Of a stretch of 64,000 nt of DNA, positions 10,866 to 24,178 are shown in pieces (the stretch's first letter is position 1; each line of letters starts with the position of its first letter). Under the pieces are notes generated by a model. The model searched no databases and had not been told where the DNA came from. It saw only the letters and a program-made list of their open reading frames with translations. Location: the NCBI GenBank assembly GCA_030704615.1, contig CM060731.1:36456001-36520000 (forward strand). The letters are read 5' to 3'. Source of the stretch: Takakia lepidozioides. Taxonomy: Eukaryota > Plantae > Bryophyta. The translations under genes were made by a program, and so were the position numbers.

Positions 10866-13800
10866 TTCATTCGATTTGCTTGAGCAACTTGTTTTTATAT
10901 TCAGTCAATACATAATCATACTAACTAAATTTATTTGTTTTGAGCAACACAATATGAAAGACATAGCCGAACGTCTAGAACATCTTACACAAAAAAGAAA
11001 GAGAATGCGTTAGATCTATTCAGAATTCAAAATGAGAAAGTCTCTAAAAAAAAATGGAATAAGATGGCTACAAGCAAAAGCGATAAGAAAATGAAAGCAT
11101 CAAAAGAATTTCACTCTTAAATTATATGCACAAAGAAAAGGAATGCATCAGATTTATTCTTAATTCAGAATGAGAAAGATTCAGAAAAAAAACAAAAGAA
11201 TGGAACATGATGGTTACAAATAAAAACAATTATAAAGTGAAGTATCAAATAAATTTCAGTCATGACTTACATGTTGATGCTCACTCAGCTGAAGACAATT
11301 ATTATCTTCATAGGTCATCATTTTCAAAGTTGCAACATCGTTTCAACCATCTTCCATTAAATCTTCTACCAAAGGTTGCAAATACACAGTGATCAAATTT
11401 TTTTTCCAAAGCCTTTGCTATTCTGACAATCTATCAAAGAAGAAAAAAAATAACAGGTTGTTTTTTATAGGACATGCCATTACAGCTGCTCAAACTTCAT
11501 CAAATTTCATTTCTCCTAAGATACTCTTTAGATGCCAAAACCTCCATTGACCTCTGAAGCCATTGGCAAATGACTCATGTATTCAAATTTGTCAGTCGCA
11601 GAAATGGATCATTTGTGTATGTACTCAGTGAAGAGCATGAACAATTGGAAATGTCTTCTAAGGAACCACAAAGCCCTCCCGACAAACCACATCTTCCCCA
11701 AGATGCTAGTGATAACCTTGCAATCAGCATAAGATGCAACTCCGAAGCCAACAACAGAATGAACACATTCCAGAAGTTGGCGAGAAGCGGAAGTCTCCAT
11801 TGAGTGATTGTGAGCTGCTCACTTCATCATCAAGTATGTGGAAGTTGGAAAGTTGGTTTATACAATTTTTTAGCAGTCACCGTGCAACACTACTCAAGAC
11901 ATATAGTTTTTTGTATTCTTTCTTAGAATATCTCATTGGTTTCTTTGTCCCTATGCTAAGTCTGTAAAACAAATCCAATGATGCAAAATCTATCAACACT
12001 TAGACATGTCCTCCATGATTTCCTCGCAAGCGCAACACAATTGTCTTCTGAAGTTGTTTTATTGTTACTTGTCGAGGCGCCATTGAGGCCCACTGTGGAT
12101 GTTGGAACCCCCCCTTCACAGGCGTTGAGGAAGCATTACCGCTGGTTTGGGTGCCTCCATTTTTTGGCGTCCCAATATTTGTACTCCAACTAAAACATCA
12201 TCACAATATTAATATGACTCAACTTATTCTTAATCTACTTCAACAACCAGTATTTTCCATGTAAGTGATTTTCTCTCTGTAGGATTTGTCAGTTTTTACA
12301 TATCAGGACTGCACTTTTAACTTGCAACAATAAAAGATAACTCTCTGTATTTTCGAGACCTTCCCCATTGAGCATGAGGAGATGAGGTGGTCCGTAAGAG
12401 CGTAAGAGAAAAATGCACACGACACAGTCCGAAGCATAGAAAATGATTTTCATCATCTTAGGGATTCATCTTAGTTCATCATGATGAGGTTTCATCCCGG
12501 TTTCATCGTACTTATTTTTGTCACCTCATTTTCACCATTTTTTATTTTTGTTTTTATGTGTTTTTTAAAGTTTTGTTCTAAAACTTACTTCTTCGTGGTA
12601 TGAGTACAAAAAATGATGATACAATTAGTAGGTGAAATCTGAGCAAAACTGAGCCCATTGCATCATGCAGTACCAATGCCATACATCATGACTCGAGAGA
12701 TGATATCCCAACGTGACAGGATGCAGTTTTTTCTTATCATTTCATAGAGACTTCTTGCATCCCGTAGACCTGATCCCCATGTCAGTTCAGTTATCAATTC
12801 AGAGCATCTTTCTTTCATGACTATCATTGCTAGAAATTTCTAACATGGATAGGGATTTTTCCTAGAACTTGGGATTAACTTAAGATCAAGATACTTGTGG
12901 CTTTGGTATACAGTTGTTTTGGCAAAGAAATTGACCCTAGTGATAATCTACCAAAATCCCTTACTCTTGGAGTGCGAGCTAGCCTATTATGCAATAGCCT
13001 CTTGTAAACGGAAAATGAAGAATTTAGAGTGTAAACTTGTAGAGTCCTATACTTGAACTATAAACAATTACAGAGTCTTCAAACTGTTTGGTGTAAAGAA
13101 GTGTTGTGAAGTATCATGTAAACTAAACTGTTGCTTTGCGGCTCATTGCAATAGCATCAACACTGTCATTTGTGCAGGCTGGACTTCTTTTCATGATTTT
13201 GTAGGATCTTTTCCAATATTCCGAATGCAAATTCACCCTCTTCATTGTGACAAAGACCATAAGTTGGTGGGATTTGCTTTTGTAATCCATAGTTCTCCAA
13301 CATCATACACAACGCCACATCCGGTACCTTTTCGCTAAAAAACCTTCTTAAATTTTAGTACTTCAATAGATAAGACTTTAATAAAAGGTTCTAGAAAACA
13401 AACATAGAACAATCAGTGAGCCAGATGTATATTATACACTCCACTTAGGCTAATCTAGTAATCCATTGACATTAAACAACTCAAACTATTGAGTATTGCA
13501 AATTAGCTCATGTGACAGTCACACACTAGCATTTTCAAAAATTAATAACTTTTGGTAGACATATTTTTCTTTTGTGATTTAATTTTTTAAAAAAAAATTT
13601 AGTTATCATGACTCTATTACTACATTTTGGGAAGAAACCTTCCTAAGAGAATAAACTATGGCTAATCAAAAAGACAAAAATTGATAGTAGTAATAGACAT
13701 TTGTTTATAAAAAACTAAAATAGATTGGGATTTGCGCATTCAATCCACAGTTCTCCAACATGATACATCATTTATCGTTTCGCCCTGCCACATGCCCAAA

Positions 13801-16800
13801 ATATTTTTCTAAATTCAGTTTTTTGCAAGGGGTGGAGATTTGATTGCGGCCCTGCCAAAAGCCCCCGGACGGTAGGCTCACATGTGCGCATTCAACTCCC
13901 ATATTATGTCTAGTACCCGTCTAGTGTCTACCATTGATATGCTGCAATTTTGGAATTATGAGTAGATATGCTACTATGATTTCATATGATGTTTGCGGAT
14001 TTTATGGAAGTCATCTCTCTAAACTAGAATCGGATGTTGTTGTTGACAGTCATTTGTATATAGAAACTCAACTTATGTAACATGTCAGCTTGTGAATATG
14101 TTTGTGGGTATGTAGTGTATAGTGTATACCCCCAGTTTCCATGAGAAGAATGAGTAATACTCTGAAGAACAAATGTGAGCACTGTATCCTGTAGAAGAAG
14201 CTTGAACTATTGGAAGGAGGTTAAGAATTCAAATATGAATAATTTGGGGATCTTTGTCAGGTTGTCGGAGTTTTCCATCGTTCAACACGATGCATATAGC
14301 TCGTTTGAAAAACATAGAGTTGCAATGCCATTTCTTGGACAATGATACACCTTTAGCCAAACATCTCAAAACATAATAGGAGGTGAACAAAGATGCTTCT
14401 ATGGCTAGAGGGCTAAGCTCCACAATGGTATCTTCAACGACTTGGATAGGTCAGAAACTTGGTCGCTATGCAACATTTGTAAATAGGGTTGCCAGGGAAA
14501 ACGTTGGCCTGAACATATGGCTTACCGATTGAACTAGCTTTTATGAATATAAACTACGCATGGTCAAAACAAAATTTAGTCAGGCCACTGAATTGTGAGT
14601 GAAGCTAAGCAAATATATTCGAAACCAGACAATCCTCATATTAATTTACTGCTGTGAGGTCTGGGTCCATCGGTGACCAAACGATTCTTCTTTTTCAGCA
14701 CCATGACTCTGCAGAGACGACACGAACGTTTCAAAGTAAGAAAAATAAAATTGACTGCTCGAAGCAAATTATTTATTCAATTCAGAGCCTCACATCAACA
14801 TTATGATGAACGAAGGAATAAACGAATAGAGTCTATGCGCCATCCCGAACTGATCTCTGATTCACAATCTCCTATCTGATTCTGCTAGTTTGCTGCCATA
14901 TAAATTTAATCCCTCAATTGGCCGGTGGATTCCTTTGATCCCTTCTTATTAATGAACATTCGCATCCGGTGCAACGAACAACAAATAATCCAGTCTACAA
15001 GCTGACCTTGCATGATAACACTCGGAAAGACTTTTGAATTATAATGTAGTAAGTTTTCAAATTTGGTGGACCAGCTATATATAAAACTTAGAACTGTAGC
15101 AAGTTGTAAAGTGAGATAACAGGAAGGGGGGCTTTGATCAAGCAAACAATAAATTTGATGCGCCACAGTTAGTTGCGAGACCTATTTCTTTCTTGAGTAA
15201 AATCGTTGGGCCGCATAAAGGTCAATGGCGGCAAACAACAACAATTGAACATCCGAGATATTAGATTCTTGCTGGCCAGCAGATTAGCTTGACACAAGCT
15301 AATAGACTTTGACACTTTGATATGGCAGATCTTTGTTGACAGTTTATACTTGATCTGTGATGCAAAAAGACGGAGCCGTGACATGGACTTGCATTTACGC
15401 ATAGCTTTCAAAGATTTCTCAGCGCTTGGACACTTATCACAAATGTTATAGCAAGTCTAATAGAGTACCTTTCACATTGGCCCAAGGTAAAGTGAAAGTT
15501 GAGCTCTTTCCTTTACAAGCATACACATTTTTTTGAGAGCTTGCCACTAGAGCACCAAGTCTTGGTATTCCAATGGACAAACCATCTCCCATCTTTCTTT
15601 TTCATAGAGCTTGACATGATGCACAATTCTATTTTTACATGCCATCTAGCGGTGTTCATCAATTTATCCACAGACAGATTTACGTGTGTTGGCTAACTTT
15701 GCCAATGCACAAGAATTTGCGGTCTGAAATCCTTGTTCTTGAGGGGTGTGGTCAACCAATAAATGAGTTGCAGCTGTGTAAGCCTCACTGATTCTTGTTT
15801 AATGATCATCAAGGATCCCCCTGTAGTTTACAAAGAACTTTCTGGCTCTTTCTTTAACAGTGCTGAATCGAGCTTTAGTTATACGGAATCATATATGTAC
15901 AGGCGATGTGACATGCTATGAAGTTTAACGAGTTCATGTATCCTTCTCATTCACAAGAAATCTGAAATGTGAGATGTCGTAGGTTTGTCTCAATGTAAGG
16001 AGTAATGAATACCAGCAGCAAATATTCTGCAGAGGCCTTAAGTACATGCTTTCCAGGTCTAGTGAGCCAGTAACAAGACACGAATTGTGCTGTGTGTAAA
16101 GTACTACTTACTCTCCGCATATAATGCAGAGCAAACAAGTATTGGGGTCTGCCCAAATGCCTCGTTGGTTCAAGATGTGCAGCGCTACTTTCAGTCCGCC
16201 CTGACAGATCAGTGTCCTCCCATGCCCAAAAGCGTTTTTGTCGAATCCTCCTCTCGCTCCTCTTTCAAAGTCAGTGGCAACGGTCGGATTGCTACCCACG
16301 CTACCATTCTGATGTACAACAAACTGTGTCTGAATCAACCCTGCCATCTTACATGACACAAAACTCCTAGATGTAAACCTTGCACTGAACCTCACATATT
16401 ATATCTCCAACGCCTTACGTGCTTGAAAGATTGATCTTTTCATGTCCCTGTTTTTGAAGAAGAGGAAAAAGAGCTGAGAAGTTTGAAGTTTTGAACTTTG
16501 TAGACGAAGAGTCTGGCTTCTTCTTCCTTGCTGCCGCTTGACCTTTCAACTCTCTCATACACTGGAGTTACAGGGAAGGCATGGAGACCAATGCTTTCAA
16601 CGGCAGCAGTCAAGTGACTGGTCACTATGTCCTGCATGATTCGGAAAGTCACCTTGTCGATGCTTAAGTAGAGCTCACCGTTTGCTGGAAGATGGCAGGT
16701 GGATTGTGGCGGTGCTTACTTGTTCTGTGTGTTTGTGGTGAAATTCATAGCAAGATTGATTTCCCTGGTGTGTTTGCATGCTCCGCTTCTATCTCAGGGC

Positions 16801-17059
16801 GTGTTTCTGGTAGAGGTTCATATCCCTTGGAGTCTAAAGCATAAGTTAGTGTCGATTTCTGTGCTGGTTCCGTGTGACAGTCGGGGAGGTATGTTCTGTG
16901 GTTCCCGGTGCCTCCTTCATTCGACGACTGACCCTGTGTCTCTCCTCTACTCTTGCCCCCTGGTTGCTGGCCTTTTCCCGCTCTCAGCATTCTCAATTGC
17001 GGTGTCGAACGGACGAGCTTCTTGCCAGAGGTTTCATAGTAAGGGGTGAGTGGGCAAGA

Positions 17060-18194
17060 ATGAATTTTAGGATCAGGAGGCCACGACAAACCGGTTCTGC
17101 TGGAGTTTTTGCGAGCGAATCGAGTACCCCTGCTTGCAATCTGTCATTGACAGAGGAAAGTCTATCAAATCCTACATATGAAGGGTCTCGACCACCAGCG
17201 AACAGGGCCGGGAGACTATCGAACTCTAATCCCAGTGCTCCTTCTCCTCAGCAGTCAGGAAACTTGGGAGTAGTTGCTCTGACTTTGAGAGATCTATCGT
17301 TTGGGGATGAAGGGCTGGACCCTACACCTGCGGAATCATCTGCTGCCCCTACTCAACCGGTGTCTACTATTGTAAAAGATACTGTTCAAGGAACCCAATC
17401 TCCCACATGCGGGAGAGGGCGGCCGAAAAGTTTTGCTTGTGGTGACAACTTGGAATTCACTAAGCAATTTTGTCTCCCAAAAGTGTTTGAGTTCCAATGC
17501 CTCGGAGAAAAGCAGTGGATGACTTTGACAGAAATTGCAGACAAATGCTTAGAGATCACCTTGCCTACACAAATGCCTTGGGAAAATCAGATGGGTCTCG
17601 CAACTTACGAACGTGGAACCCCACAGTTGGCCGTGGCCCAAGCTGCAGCAGCAGAGTATGACGATCCAAAGCTCGCAAAGATAGGGGGGTTCTTTTACCG
17701 ACTCAATCCATCCTCAATTCGGGTAGTTGCATTGCACCTCCCCCTCTTACTTACATGTGAAGCATGCGTACCTGAAGTGCAATACGGAGTGTGGTCTTAA
17801 TCAAGGCAGCATCATGCACACTGCGCACCTGTCGAAGGAGAGAACAATGTTATTTTAGTTGTGGAAGTTTGTGAGAAAATCTACTGGACTATATCCTCGG
17901 TAGTACTTCGTTATGAACCTAGAACCAGCTTGAAACTTGAAAAGGGGTCAGTGCCAGGCCTGCTGGATAGCTAGAATAGGTCCAGTATGTTGTCCATGTA
18001 TGCATACTTGCTGGCTGATCAGTGGACTCAATTCGCCTCATGCAGGCCAGGAGAAGGAACAAGGGATGGTTGGGGAAGCCTTTGGTGATCTCAGGGAAGA
18101 TAAAATGGTGTATGCTACCACCAAATCGTGCGACTTACCCCTGCTTGATATACATTCCAGACCCACAGAAGATGTTATCGACTTGTCAGATTGA
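17060..18194 (+). pseudogene. orphan spliced gene with putative winged-helix (HARE-HTH-like) domain; premature TAG in the modelled exon 2
   Basis: ORF from ATG 17060 to donor CGG|GT at ~17722. Phase-compatible exons ~17809-17983 and ~18045-18194. Domain call is by motif resemblance only. Confidence 0.35.
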
Positions 18195-19279
18195 GGAGTA
18201 CATGCTTGCGCTTACGCCGATCGGATCTCCCGGTTCAACTTCTTTGCCAGCAAAACCATCAGCTTCGAGGGCGAGTCGTCGCAAGCTGAAAAATCATGAC
18301 CAGAGCCTTACCAAATCACATCTGGAGGTTAGTCGGCACCAGGATCTAATCTCTGAAGATGACTCGTCTACTTCTCATCTTGCGGAAATCGTGAGGACGC
18401 TCAACGGATCTGTCAGTTTGTCAATGACCGCAACCCCATCAGTGGTCAGCTTGGAGACCCGTGACGAAAGCCTAAGCTCTCATCACGGATCAACATCGGC
18501 TTCGAGTGCAAGACGCCATTTCCGGAATCTCAATCACCGCTCAGCAGCTTGGGTGGCAGCTCGTCTTGAGGATCTTACTTCTGAAGGTACCACGGACACT
18601 GATTCTTATGATGATTCTTGTGACTACAGCTCCGACGCTGATTCTGACGGGGAGTCTTACAGCACTGATGACTCTCACACTCATTCTTCTGACGAGAGCG
18701 TACATCATATCCACTGCAACCGAAGGTCACGGTAGGGTCCCAATCCCTTGAAGAAGACAGTGGGTAACCATTTAAGGTTTCCCTTTGCATGAAGGAGTCC
18801 GAGAGTTCCCTCATGAGCTTGCCAAAACCCAGTAGGCACTGCATCTTGCCACAAGAGGAGGTTTGAGAGCAACCTTGTTAGCCCAAAGAGAGATTCCAAA
18901 GACATTAGTAGCACCCACCTTACATACCTAGACATACACACTGTTGTTTCAGGAGTAGTGCCTGTTTATGAGCGCAAGGTGGCCTTCCTATATTGTAAGG
19001 CCTAAGCTGAGCTCCTCGGTTGCTCAGATGCCGACGACGTTCATACGCATGATCAGTACATGTAATTAATTCGTGACGTTGCAGTTCAATGCCAGAACAA
19101 AGTCTTCGTGTATAGCAAAGTCTTCGTATGTTCTCAATGTGTGTACATGTTTGCCATAATGCCACAAAAATTTGAACTGCATGAGATCTCTACACTTCAC
19201 TGTGCCAGCAGCGTGTTCATGTGATTGTTTTTTTACCATGTTTGTGAAGTGGTCATCAAAACAATGATGGTTCTGACCC

Positions 19280-19764
19280 CTCCTTTCTTCCTTCTTGAGA
19301 CCAAATTACCTTTCAGCATCCTTATCTCCTTCCCTCCTGAGGGCATTGGGGCGGTTCAGGGTGGGTTCCCACAACCTACGGATAGAGACTGGCAGATGGG
19401 AAAACCTGCAACGGGAGGACCGCCTATGTCCAGCTTGCGTAGGGCGCAGCCAGGAAATCGAAACTGAAGAACACTTCTTCTTCTACTGCCCTCTATACTA
19501 CGAGATCCGTGGGAGATTCCACTGTTTATTCAGTGGAACCCAAACTCTCACTGATGTCTTCCACACTGAGGATCAAAAATGCTTGGCAGCCTACCTGCAC
19601 GAGGCCTTCACCTTCGACATTCGCTAGAACATTATTTGTGGTTTCTGGACTTGTTCCTCTCTCATGTTTCCATTTTGTCCCATAAGCTCTATGAGCTTTC
19701 CGCGGACGTTATAAAGTACCATTTCATTTCATTTCCGCGGACGTTATAAAGCACCATTTCATTT
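19280..19764 (+). mobile_element. 5'-truncated LINE 3' end (family B, RTEX-like) with (ATTTC)n tail
   Basis: Encodes RFRVGSHNLRIETGRW...RLCPAC...ETEEHFFFYCPLY (C-terminal zinc motif of such LINEs), short 3' UTR, then GAGCTTTCCGCGGACGTTATAAAGYACC(ATTTC)n. Confidence 0.85.
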
Positions 19765-20507
19765 GATGACCCTCAGGGGCCTGTATTCAGCTATACACAG
19801 CAGACTAACTTCACACCTGAATGTCCCATCAGATCAAGATCAAAAGTGTTGTGGCTTTGAACTCCAACGACACGACGTCTTCCAAGACGAAGAGCACATG
19901 GAATACTTCCCATCATCAACTTTACACCGATTGCTTAGGAAGTTTTGCACTGAAGAGCTCCATTTCATAAATATACATAGATGTATATATATTTGCTGAC
20001 GCCTCTTCCGTCCACATTAGTAGAGAGCATATTCAATTGATTTCAACTCTGAGGTTCTCTACTTGTGGGAAACTCCAATTGTCTATGAGTAAGGAGTGTT
20101 AAGAAAATTCCCTCACCTGTGAGAGGGTGAGCTTATGCACATGCCGTTACTGTGGGGTTTGAGGGGAAACATTCTCGTTGTTTGAAACGCAGCCTTGGAG
20201 CATAATCCTCTCTAAATGCTGCCTCATGGGGCAGGTGTTGGAGATTGAACCCTCCAGAATATGGAACTATCGCTCAAAATGTCATGATGCTTGGGCTAAT
20301 GGCGACCCCGTGACAGAGAAATGTGTGTTGATTCACTAACATCATCCTCTGCAAGATGTTGAGTGCAGTATAACTACTGGAGCCCTCTCCATTAACACTC
20401 TATATACGCAAAATGGGACCCTCTGGCTCTTCAACAACTGAGGTTTCTTAGTGCAGTGTTGCTCCCCACATCCCAGAATTCGGCATCCCTGCAGCGGGCC
20501 TTGATCT

Positions 20508-22041
20508 TCACAAACCCACTTTGGAAGCACGAACCGCATCCATAAAGGCATGGATTCGAGCAGGGTCCTTGCGAATTCCATCAGTGCCAGCAATACCACT
20601 AGACACATCGACAGCACCTGGTCTCACAAGTGAGACTGCAGCTGCCACGTTGTCAGGTGTGAGTCCTCCTGCCAGGAGCCATCCCTGCTTGCTCCCCATT
20701 GATGGAGGTTGAAAATTGGTCCAATCAAACTTCTCTCCACTGCAATCCAAAGCACTCCACAACATCAAACCATAGTAGAGACCCTAAAGCCCTAAGCCTT
20801 TTCCAGTAGTTGGCCTGACAAAAAATCGTGTGGTTAATCAGGTAGACTGTGACTGGGCTTGACGCAAAACTCCCAGCATCTTGCTATTCCATCAATGGCC
20901 ATACATGCTCATGCTACAAGCCACACATGATTGAATGGCGGCATTTAGAAATGTGAAATGAATACCCTGTTGCTCTTCTGCTAGTAGAATTGTTACACTT
21001 TCAAACTCTGCACCTCCAAATGAACTGACTTTGGATAGTGTTACTGATCTCATAAAGTACACAGTGGGCCATCTGCGGAGAATGGCATGAGATTTGCTAT
21101 GAAAACTTTAAGAGTACCTTTGTAGTTTAAATCAAGGACCTGTCCCCCCATCTCTTTTATGATGTATTATCTGAATTCACTCTTTGCTTGATTGTCACAC
21201 AGGTACAGAGAATAAAGAACGTTTGACATCCTACCTTCCACCTTGCAAGCTGTCCACCAACACCCAGTCAACCGATGGCCCGTTCTTCTCATTAGGGATG
21301 ACAGTCTGTATGATACCATTCTTGTTGGCGTGCAAGACATAGATGAGCTTCAAAGAGGCAGGCAGTCCTCGCAACAACGATGCCCGCGCCCCATCACCAT
21401 GTAGCTGTGGACCCACTTCCCAAACACATTCCACTCATGAATCATAGAACCACTAAAGAATTGCCCAGGGAAGAATGCATTGAGCTGCATAGAGAGGAGA
21501 AAGAATGGAGTACCTGTGCAAATGTAAGGCCTGCCGCATCGCACGCCTTTTCGATTTCTGCCATGTCTTCTTCCACGAAAACACCCACGGGCTCTGCCCC
21601 ACTCTCCCTTGCAGCAGCTGCAATTTCCATAGCAAGGCTCCCACAAACCGACCGCTTGGATTTTGGCCACAGAATCATCCCCACATAATCAGCTCCAGCC
21701 TTTGCAGCAATGGCCGCATCCTCGGGGCTGGTTATGCCACACATCTTCACGAGTGGCGTGAAGATTTCACGCACATCTTCGCTCTTTGGAGAGGAGAAAG
21801 TCAATGCTCCAGCCATCGCTTGGAACCTCTGAGAAAGTTTTCTACTACAGACGCACAGACTCTTCCTTGCATCGTGAAAAGAAGGGCGGCTTTGCATATG
21901 CTGGAAGTATTTCGAAGATTTGTCAAATGGGTTTGCACAGAGTACATTGCTAGCATGAAGGGAAGGAAAGACTGAAGGGGAAGGAGTTGCAAGTGGTGGA
22001 CGCTGTGAAAGGCAACAACAGTTGCCCCCCGCAGAAAGCAT
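20508..22041 (-). CDS. PAI: phosphoribosylanthranilate isomerase (TrpF), probably plastid-targeted
   Basis: Exons 22041-21514, 21404-21235, 20739-20508. Motifs VKMCGIT, VGVFV, QLHG, VLVDS..GGSG..FDW, LAGGLTPDNV, DVSSG; Ser-rich N-terminal extension. Confidence 0.95.
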
Positions 22042-22978
22042 CGCAACTCAATAAGAAAAGAGATCACTTGTACTCTGCGAATGAGACCATCTCCATATAC
22101 GAACGAATCACTGGAGCAGAGAAGGAGAGAACTGACGATCTATAAGGAGATATTGTGATTTGGGTCCTTCCTAGAAGATCTCAGGCGATGAGAAGTTTTG
22201 TCTCGGAGGCAGAGTCTGAAACTTGGTTGTAAGAGAATTACTAGTAAGTTTCTAGTTAACAGTTACTTAGTTGCCTTCTCTCAAATCCGTGTTTCTTGCA
22301 TTGTTCTCTCTCTCCCCTTTCGCTAGGCACGGACAGGGCACCAGTATTTGCAACGGGAAGTGAAGAAGGGAGCCTTCTGCATTTCTCAACGTCAGTGGAA
22401 AATCTGATACCTCTGCATGAAGTGAATGCCTGCGATAATCTCATATCCTCCGTGTCTATGTATGTAGCTCCAAGCAACCCATGTCATGCCTCAGATCAGT
22501 CGGCTGACGAAACTTGGCCTATCACCTTCTTTGACATGTGAGTCTAATTAGTTGAAGCTCCAATTGCCAAAGAAGGCGATAGAATCACAAGTGATTCCTC
22601 AGAAACAAGAGATTTCTCTTGTGATGGGAGTAGTCTGAAGAGCACTTTTTGGAAATTGCAACATTTGGGCTGTGTGTGGAAACTTGAACCTTTATGAACC
22701 CCAACTTGCTGTGTACAAATGGTCAAGACTTAAGATCAAAAGTGGAAACATGATGCACTATGCGGGAAGGTGAATAGAAATTTGAGTCTTGCCACAAAGT
22801 TGAACCTCACTGCCATCACAAAATTGTTTTACTCTTGTTGACAGGCTTCCAGCACTCTAGAGACGCTCAACTTCGTACAAGTGAAGGGTTGACAGAGAAG
22901 GCGACTTACTAGAGGATCGCTGGTGCTGTGCTAGGCCATAAATCTTGACGCAGTTTCAAGATCACCTTCAGTTACGAG

Positions 22979-23167
22979 ATGGGAGGATACAATGCTCTTC
23001 TGGAGAAACAAAGATACTTTCAAGGCATTCATGGAAAGTTGATACATTTGAAAGGCCCCAATGATAAGATCACATCTGTGATAGTTCCACTGGGTTTCGT
23101 GGCTACCGCATTTGCAATGATGTTTCGCGGCGTATGGAACATGTGTCATGGCACAGGGAAAAGTTAA
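22979..23167 (+). CDS. cytochrome c oxidase subunit VIIa-like protein
   Basis: 62 aa LLEKQRYFQ...HLKGPNDKITSV..P...GVWNM..G.GK matches the plant COX7a-like family. Probable 5'-UTR intron ending at ~22845. Confidence 0.85.
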   Translation: MGGYNALLEKQRYFQGIHGKLIHLKGPNDKITSVIVPLGFVATAFAMMFRGVWNMCHGTGKS

Positions 23168-23474
23168 AACTACATCGCCCACAAGCAATAATGGCAGTTC
23201 TTGGATGGAATTGCTTGTAAGACAGGTTCAAGACCAGGAGTAATGACTCAATGTTCAAAGTTCCAGTGAAGCAGATGAAATTTGAGTATGCTTTGATTGA
23301 GAGAGAAGCCTTGAGTATAGGGACATGGTTTGGTGCTGCCACCCTGCTGTGAGAGAAGATACTTTTCATTAAAAGCTTCCCAAAATACATTTGAGTTACA
23401 CTTTAACCACATTGCCACCACTTACCATGTGTGTCTAGACCCCCTTGTTTGAAATCCAATTCACAACACTTGCA

Positions 23475-23518
23475 TCTCTAGAAGAGCATCTCTAGAAGAG
23501 CATCTTGAGAAGAGCATC
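23475..23518. repeat. 14-bp tandem repeat x3
   Basis: TCTCTAGAAGAGCA x2 plus TCTTGAGAAGAGCA. Confidence 0.85.
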
Positions 23519-24178
23519 AATGGAATTGTCCTTGTAGACACACACAGGCTGACTTGCCAAAGTACACATCTACATTGATCGTAAAAGCCCAGTAGACTCT
23601 AGACCAAATGACTCCAATCCTTAACATGCTCACTCACATAGACGAATATCAGCCTTCAGAGCTGCAACAGACAAGCTCTTCTTTGAGAGGGTAACTCAAC
23701 AGAACAGGTTAATGAGGAAAAAGGGGAGGAAAGTTTCATGCATGAGAAGAGAATGAGCTGCTGATGACATAACCTGCTACTCATGGAGGGGGGAGTCGAA
23801 CATTTCATAGAACTCACAAGCTTTCTTTGCTAGAAACTTGAAACCCTGGCCCTGGCATTTCACAGTGTCGCTCATAGCCCCTTAAAACATAGAAAATGAG
23901 CTTTGATACACCCAATATCTGCTGGACCGAGGGCTTCCTAATTTCTCATAATAGATGCAAAATTTATGAACTCAGGTCCAAGAACGACAATGACATGCTC
24001 TTGCATTTGTCAACTAGAAAAGAGATGATAAACACTCATTTCCTCCTTGATGGGATGATCTCAAGTATGCAAACAAGTGTCTGACAATGTAAGCGTTAGC
24101 TTGGTCACTGTATGATTCAACAATCACTAATCCATTGCTGACACGTCACATGGCAGGTGTACTATGACAATCCATATG

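Noticed and set aside
11400-12200. BED-finger/hAT transposase fragment
   Set aside because: Only scattered Cys/Trp resemblance amid many stops.
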